A stretch of DNA of 64,000 nucleotides, taken from Trichoplax adhaerens (lineage: Eukaryota > Animalia > Placozoa). Shown here in pieces: positions 56,192 through 64,000 of the stretch. The stretch covers positions 8,254,066 to 8,318,065 of the forward strand of contig NW_002060943.1 of the NCBI RefSeq assembly GCF_000150275.1, in the 5' to 3' direction. Numbering within the stretch: the stretch's first letter is position 1; every line of letters starts with the position of its first letter. A program made the translations under genes and the position numbers. The notes beneath the pieces are model-generated. The model worked only from the letters and a program-made list of their open reading frames with translations. It searched no databases and was not told the DNA's origin.

Positions 56192-59100
56192 TCACGACCT
56201 ATTTGTGAGAGGAAAATCGAATAAATTATGATTTATTCACGCTTTCTGCTTGCGCTTACAATGATTGCTGTCGCTACTGAGAAAAAAATTGATTAGCTAA
56301 ATATAGGATTATTATCGTTATATTTGTTTTCTATAACTAGTAGTAAATTATATTTAAAAAAATTGAACAAGAAACCCCAGTTGATGCTACGGCTTGCATG
56401 CTTTTTCGCTCTTCGCTTCATGCCTTTGCTATTGCATTTATAGCAAGAAAAAGCATTAAATAATTAAAATATAAAATATTTACTGTTAAGCAGCAGATGC
56501 TTTGCAATTATTACTTTATACCTATTTAATCGTGAATCGATAATCCATACCACAAATTGCATTCTGTTCTATAAATATGGACATTAGCCGTTACTTTTTT
56601 ATACCATTCATGATTGATGTCTCCAAAACTGCATCATTGCATTTTGCAGTACTTTCAGCTGATATTTATCCATACGAGATCGATCGAACTTATGATACGA
56701 TTACAGAGTCAACGTTTGAAAATATCAATGAATTGATCAGGTCTATATTTAATAGCTATTCTAAATGTTGCTATGTGAGTTTTCCTATCATAGTCTTTTA
56801 TGTTATCCTTTATAAACGCTAGCGTACGTGAAGAAATTATTTCAATTAATTGCGTTTAATTATATGGAATGGTTTGAAATGGCGAATTTTATCGAATTAG
56901 CTACCTAAAGTTTAGTAGCAACCATGATAACCATCACCGATATGTTTTTTCCTCATTATGGATTAATTCCGTAAAGTTAACTCTACATCGATTGCCAAGT
57001 AATTTAACAAATATACTACATTGCGGTATTGCTATGCTAAGAAAATAAGCTAAAATGGTGATAGCTTTCGTTTAATACGCTTTATTACTCTATATCAGAA
57101 GGATTGTTATTGATTTCATATAATGCCACAATAGTTTGATTAACAAAATTAACAGAAATCAAATCGCTTAAAATTGAAGTATTTTATACTGAAGTTATAA
57201 TTGTGTCAACTCTTTGTTTAATATTGCAATTTCTCGTCCATCAAATGAATTTTGGCTGTTAATAATGATTTTATTGAATTCAATTTAACTGTGTAAGCTC
57301 TACTAGATACAGATACACATTAGTAGATTGTTCTGTAATAGATTCAATTTATTAGGGAAATTGATCCTTTCTAACAAATACTTTATGATAATTGAATTTG
57401 TTTTGGCTTGACTATTTTATATCTTGGCAGCATTAATGGATTGTTCTGTTGTTGAAATACAATGCTTACCTTCTACTTGTCTGTAGATTAAAAACAAAAA
57501 AGAAATGGCTGACTTTCATGATTGATTTCTTGCAGTAGTGAGCAATGAACACGATATTGGCTAAATGACAGAAACTGAATTTGTTGATAGTAGGAATGAA
57601 CTAAAATGAGTTAGACGTCATATTTTTGCAAGGCTAGAGAACCCTAATACAGCATTGAAAGCTTTTGTCCATTGAGTCAATCTACCAATTTGATAATTTT
57701 CCGTTATTCTATGCAGGAGTAGGTTACTTGGTGGTATTTTGAACTACCAGTGCTTGTAATTTATAGTCATGTCGTGAAATTTTACTACGGGTCAAGAAAT
57801 CTTAGGATGTACTACACTTAGAAGTCTCATAATATTCTACAGCAGATTCAAAAAATTGTTCCTGTATACAAAATTTTCGCGTTTTTCTGTGGATTTTACT
57901 ACCTAGTCAACTTTAAAATTTTTACGATAGAGTGCAGGTATAAAGTCCTCTGATCAAATTTTCAACTCATAAATTGCGTTGCCATGCATAATATAATGTT
58001 TGAGTGTGCTTTAATTATGAAGTATGTATCTACCACATTCCAAGTCATTTTATTACCCTTATATAGCAAATCTTACCCGTTATTACGGTACGAGTACGCG
58101 TATATTCTGAAGAGATGTATTTGCATTTAATTAACATCATCGTACTATTTATATATTCCATTTACAAAGCTATTTTGTATCAATTTTACTAGCATCCTTA
58201 TTAAGGGATTACGCGTATAACAACAGGGTTGATAAGAAGTGAACCATAATTCTTTTCAGCAATTCTTTCGTGTCCTTGTGCTATGCATGTTGAACTAAAT
58301 TTTCCAACTAATAGGATGATCATCCTCTTCAATTATGGCCATATTAAGTATTCAACTTTAAATCTTTATACTCTTTCTGTTGTAATTAACTGCTTGCCAG
58401 AGGTTGGTCATATGCCATGAATCAATAGATCTGCACCAGTCGAATATGCATTTCTGTATAATTCCATAATCAAAAGTGGACAATTAACATTAAATACAAT
58501 TACTACCGTAGCTAAAGTGAATAGTTTTGACAGAAATGGGCTGTTTGCCTAACAACAGGTAACCGCAATAAGACTGTCATTGATAACCGACCGATTCAGT
58601 ATATGCAATAACATCAAGTTGCACCAGCATATAATATACATCGATACATAAATAATGTGTGAAATAGCATTTCTATGCGAAGAATCCATTACAAGTGGTA
58701 TAGAGTGATAGGCTGTAATGGGGTACCGATATTATACAGCCAAGGATAAGCAGTTATGGTGTTGATTCTGTTTTTGAAAGGCATTCAATTATTAATCACG
58801 AATAAATGTAAGCGCAAAGTTGATCAAGAGAAATAGTACTATAAATCTCTTTACTGTAAAGTAGCTTAGGAATAGTGATAGCATACGCATGCGAAAACAA
58901 TATAACTTCACCGTATATGTACTTATATTAGTAAATACTTTTCTACGGTAAGTTAAGAATAGATGAAGACTATTTTGGAAAAAGGAGTTTGACACAAGCT
59001 TTCTATTTGTATATCAAAAACATGTCTATTTAAAAGACGTGGTTATTCCAGCATCAAGAGTGTGTGATGTTTTATCTTCATGGCAGAGCTGTATACGCTC

Positions 59101-60879
59101 GCATAACCAATCCTGTATGGAAAGCAACGAATTTCCGCTGTCAGGGCATCTAAGAGGAAATTAAAAGTTCCTGCTACAGTATACCATAAGTAATCAAGCA
59201 AAACATTTCATAATTGTACGAAGATCGGCTGTGCTACTGACAAATAGCATTGAATGTAGTGAATCATTAACATATCATAATACTGTCTTTTTTACTAGTT
59301 CTTAGTATCGCTTAATTTAGGGTGTGCTACCGTGTTTATTTATTTAGTCTTTTGCTTTCTAAAAGTAGCAGGTTAGGCCTAATTGACAACGATTACCCAC
59401 TAAATTTGCATTAGTCAGTGATGTACAGTAGTTATTGATTAGATAACCTGCTATGAAACAAACTCTTGTATAGCATACGCTTATAGCAAGTACGACACCG
59501 GAAATGTGATGAAGAAGAAAAACAATATGACGAAAAATGCAAGTCAAGACATTGATTCCTAGTAAAGAACGTCTTACGTGCATATATGGGTAAAACCCCA
59601 ATGGCAGTTCTTTATTTATTTACTACTGTACAGCACTCACTTCCACGCGACTGTACTACGATATTATGATGTAACAAAGCAAATATGGATTATTACGAAA
59701 CGCCCAAGTTACTGAAAGTGAACAAGACTATGGGTTACCCAGCGCTTCTATAACAACTAAAAACCTTCCAATTTTTTTATCCTTGAAATGATTGGTCATG
59801 ATGAATGCTAAAGAACAAGCTGTATCCTATATACTGTACATAACGAAGAAGTGTTTTTTTTTTGTAATACCATCATGGCCAAATGGAGAGTTAATAAGCC
59901 TCTGATGATTTATTTATGATTGACTGGTGGCCCTTTCTATTTTCATACAACTTTGGCTCATAAATAGCTATCATATATCAGTCTTTCAAAGTATTAAGGA
60001 AAAATAACAAAATATTCAAGGGTAGTCAACCAGCTAAGGGTATATTAAGTTAACCTAGACTGGTGTGATTTAGCTTGGTTTTATTATTATTTTTAACACT
60101 CACTGTCACAATTTTTTAACAGCATGGATTTAAATTGGGAAAATCATTTTTGAATTGACAGTCATGACTCATTTAAACAGTATTCTATATCAGTGAATCG
60201 ATGGCGAAAGGAGTTTGTTTCTTTGCCAATATTGACTGAAAAATGAACTTGGAAGAAATGAAATGGTGCCAGCGCAAATCGGAATGTGATGTAGTAGAAA
60301 ACAATACTATTTTTTGCAGTACTGGATGTCTAGTATTGTTATTATTATTGATTTCTAAATTATGACTACAGTAGTTGATTGCCTGCTACGTTACTGTAAG
60401 AATGTACGTTAGTCTCCGGCATTTTGTAATTATATTTTTACTACCTATTCGAGAGCAGTTTCAGCAAGAGGTAGTAAATTATATTATATTTCAAAATGTC
60501 GGATATTAGTGTCCGTGCTACATTTTAGAATTGGGTTCAGTTGGTATTGAACCGATAGTGTGGAGACGGCACCCAGTGTAATAGCTTACTGTAGAGATTC
60601 GTACTGTGTGTGTTGCCGGCTGGCGTATATTGGGGGGAATCATAACGGCCCCGTCTGCAGTGTACGTCCGTTGTGCGTTTCAATCGTTTTCGATCGTGTC
60701 TACCTTTGGGAATAGTAGTGTCGATAAGCGCGTCACATTGTCACTGCGCATTGTGTGCAACGTCAATACGAACACCCCCCCCATTCAATTGCGATTGTCA
60801 TGACGAAGGAGTCAAGCTGTGGTGAGTCAACCGGCATTACAACGTTGTTCATTTTTCCATTGTCTTTCCCGCAGTCACT

Positions 60880-61640
60880 GCAAATCAGCGCTAAGCTTGA
60901 AGTCATTATCATAGAGTCACTTCAATCTCTTCTGTGCGACAATCGACAGGATGACTTGCGGTCAATAACTTCATATAGCACGTCAGCATTGGTCCATTTC
61001 ACTGGCAAGTTATTTCTTTTTTGGATTTCCATCCCCATAATAATAATTACAACAATTTCTCTTTGGCCTTGGTTAATTATGGAGGTAGAAATACTCTGTA
61101 GGTTGTAAATAACTCTTTTATTTGTCCAGTCAACTTGTTAAACCACTTGCTTCTATCCTGAATATTCCATAACCCATTGCGAATTTCAATCACTCTCCAT
61201 TCTATTGACTTCAACGTGGAAATAACATTGGTCATTGATTGCATGAGTGGAAGTCAATCAGAATTTTTTTTTTCTGGTACACCAACTTCACTGCCATTGA
61301 AATTGGCAAGAAATTCTTCAATCCTTTCCATTGATCGTAGGTACGTCTATCCTGTTATCAATTCAACAACAGTTCATCTCTGTATAGGATCAAATAATAG
61401 TTAGTTTTCAAGCAGAGTAACGGATAGGTCTTGAATGTCCTTAGGTTTGAGAATTCCAGCCATTTCATCACTGATTACGTACTCTCTCGGAGGAAAAAAT
61501 ACGCTTTGCAATGGCTTCACAAGATTGCAGGAATGATTTCACTTTCAAAGGTACGTTTTCACTGACCGAACACGGATTTCCCAAGTACATGTCATGTTGA
61601 TATCAACAACACCATGACCCTCTTTACATTCTTGTATCGG
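60880..61640 (-). pseudogene. Possible decayed intronless coding sequence of unknown origin
   Basis: One minus-strand frame reads FPPREYVISDEMAGILKPKDIQDLSVTLLEN*..MERIEEFLANFNGSEVGVPEKK..*LPLMQSMTNVISTLKSIEWRVIEIRNGLWNIQDRSKWFNKLTGQIKELFTTYRVFLPP*, with only ~4 internal stops in ~140 codons. Antisense shadow ORFs on +. No family recognised. Confidence 0.3.
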
Positions 61641-63620
61641 TCTATGTATTAATGAAAATATTCCATGTTCAGTTTAAAAGATTGGGCTACTTTTTCGCAT
61701 TTCTATTCTTGATATGATTTCGATAGACTGTAATGCGTAGAGTGTAGATTCTCATTGATTGGATAGAATTACAAGTCGAAGACTTAATAGCTTTCCCCCG
61801 ATTGAGCATCATTCCATCAACTAATTTTTATTCATCGTAGGGATTAATTTATTTGTTACTGTATTACTAGAGAATAATAGAAGTATACTACTGGATCAAA
61901 TAGTAAATGTACCGTGATTGATGAAATAAAATGATGACGTACCGTACGATGAACGTGATTGATTACGGATGAGAATGGTAGCCATGTTATGATGAACTTG
62001 TTTATCGTTGTATTCGACTGTTGCACCTTATTGGATCGACTGAGTTACATTGATTTTTGTACTTCTGACTTGTTGCATCTTTATGGTAGTACAGTAGTTA
62101 AAGAGTGAATTTCTATTTTCATTTGATGTTATTCTTCAATAGTTCCGTCTCTAGTTTAATACTAATGTGTACTGTTTACGCACTTCGTGTATCTGATGTT
62201 AACATCGCATGATGATAAAGTATGTAAACGGAATCGATCAATTTACAGGAACAAGTAATTTGATCGTAAAGACCAATTGAAGTATCGTCAGTGACATCTT
62301 TTATTCATTGAGATACTTTTTTTTGACGTTGACCATTTATATGTTGTCGTTCAGTAATAAAAATGTTAATAATGTACTGTAATAATTCATTCAAGCACAA
62401 GATGATCAGTTGGTCAAGCATGAAAACTTTCACTCTGTGCAAAGCACAACTGTTGATCTTGTTATTGACCAACTGTGTGTCATTCTAATTACGTTAATCT
62501 TTGCTAGTTACTGGCAAATTATCCAGAGATTATACGAAAATTCAATGGACACATTTAAATTGTCCGGTAGCGAAGTAATCATAATTTCTTATAAACTACC
62601 ATCGACACACAATCAAAATTATACAATTAAACTCCTTTATAGTGGACAATACTCATTGGTATTATTACCTAAAACAAAGCTATCAGCGTAGGCATTATAG
62701 TGCCAATGATGTGTACAGATGGAAATTTGCGCTACTTTGAAAGTAATGATAGGATTGACAGAAATATTTAAAAACTATTATTTCACTTTGCATCGTGTTT
62801 AGTAATTGATTTGAGCATATTGGAATACTAGATTTTGTTTTAATCTTTAATTTGAATTACTAATGCAATTTCATAACTTTGATGAATCTCTCCTGTCATG
62901 GGCATACGAGGTACTACCGTATGCTCTTACTTAGTAGTATACAAGTGTGCGTGGAAATGTTTACTAACAATACAAGGAACATCTTAATGAATCGTGACCA
63001 TGTTGTTTTATCATTAATAAATATGTATACTGTAGTTTGATGGTGTACTCGTATATCAATTTCAAGCTCTTGCAATAACATACTGTACTGTACAAATGCA
63101 TAACCTTACAGTATCTACAAAAATCATCTACAGTATTGTAAAATAGTTCACCACATCCACTTAACTTGTGTACAGTATGTGTACAGTTAATGCATTACTT
63201 AACTGGTACTTTGAAGCTCTCTCATTTTAAAAAGTATTTAACCTCTCATTGATATCTTTGTTGTGCTACAACTTATCGTATCATTCAATATTGGTATCAT
63301 GATTACGTGCGGTACAGTACTAACTGCTATTTAGGAACTGTAGTCAATTTTGCAAAAGCTTTTCTGCTCAGATTCGTGGAAACTATGTAATTTTACGCAT
63401 ACTCTTTCATTATCGTACCCTAACATACCCATAAATTACAGTATTTTATTAGTGTGTGTAGTAATCTCGAATTTATAGACGTGACAGTATTACGTGCTGT
63501 TAGTGACTACCGTGATGACTGTTAAGTATTTTACTTACATTTTTACTGGTATTGATCAAATTTCCATGAAACGGCTTAAACTTATATTAGTCTCGTTTGT
63601 TCCATCCTTCTGTTTGATAG

Positions 63621-63782
63621 TACTATTACTTGGTCACTCTGACTCTGGAAAGAAGGAACTTTATTCCTATTTTAATAAAGATTCTCCTAAGGTAGACTTT
63701 ATTAGTACGATTGGCGTAGACTATGCCGTGAAAAGTGTCAAAATCGGTTTCAAATTGGTAAAGGCTCAAATTTGGGATACCG
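63621..63782 (+). CDS. Internal exon of a divergent Rab-family small GTPase (Rab11-like motifs); first exon not identified, 3' part beyond the window
   Basis: Acceptor tttgatag at 63620, donor G|gtaact. Translates LLLGHSDSGKKELYSYFNKDSPKVDFISTIGVDYAVKSVKIGFKLVKAQIWDT: RabF1-like STIGVDY and RabF2 KAQIWDT. Confidence 0.8.
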
Positions 63783-64000
63783 GTAACTGATGATAGCTAG
63801 TCAGTAGCTTTATTATGTTCTATATACGTGTACTACCTGTAGTACTATCGAAATACATTGGATCTTCATTAATTCCTTCCGTGAAATATTTCGATGGATA
63901 GACATAGTAACCCTCTAACATATCACAGAACAATAATTGATCTGGTGCTAATGAAACGATAGTTCTTTCTTTGATTATCTCTTGTTAGTATCGATTGATA

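Noticed and set aside
62719-62742. ATGGAAATTTGCGCTACTTTGAAA|gtaatg as the Rab first exon
   Set aside because: It ends in phase 0 while the Rab exon at 63621 needs a phase-1 donor, so the first exon is left unresolved.

Overview
AT-rich (roughly one-third GC), intron-dense eukaryotic DNA with short GT-AG introns. Composition and gene content suggest a compact early-branching animal genome, most plausibly a placozoan such as Trichoplax (inference, not verified). Left to right: (1) a ~48-exon, >5,000-aa axonemal outer-arm-beta-like dynein heavy chain (<1-21972, +). Its spliced frame is intact, but the AAA1 catalytic residues (Walker A Thr, Walker B Asp-Glu, sensor II Arg, trans Arg finger) are all replaced, making it a candidate pseudo-motor and the most striking signal here. 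(2) A housekeeping block: RRP1(+), DPAGT1(-), MRPL9(+), SRFBP1/BUD22(-). (3) A ~10-kb apparently gene-free stretch with several tandem repeats, including a ~171-bp satellite with an A-B-B higher-order pattern. (4) A two-RRM RBPMS/couch potato/MEC-8 gene (48064-56191, +) with a 4.85-kb first intron and a candidate 24-nt frame-preserving microexon in RRM1. (5) A possible spliced non-coding unit and a decayed ORF on the minus strand. (6) One exon of a Rab-like GTPase with a non-canonical P-loop at the right edge. No tRNA, rRNA, CRISPR array or intact transposase was recognised. Exon coordinates were derived by hand and may be off by a few bases.
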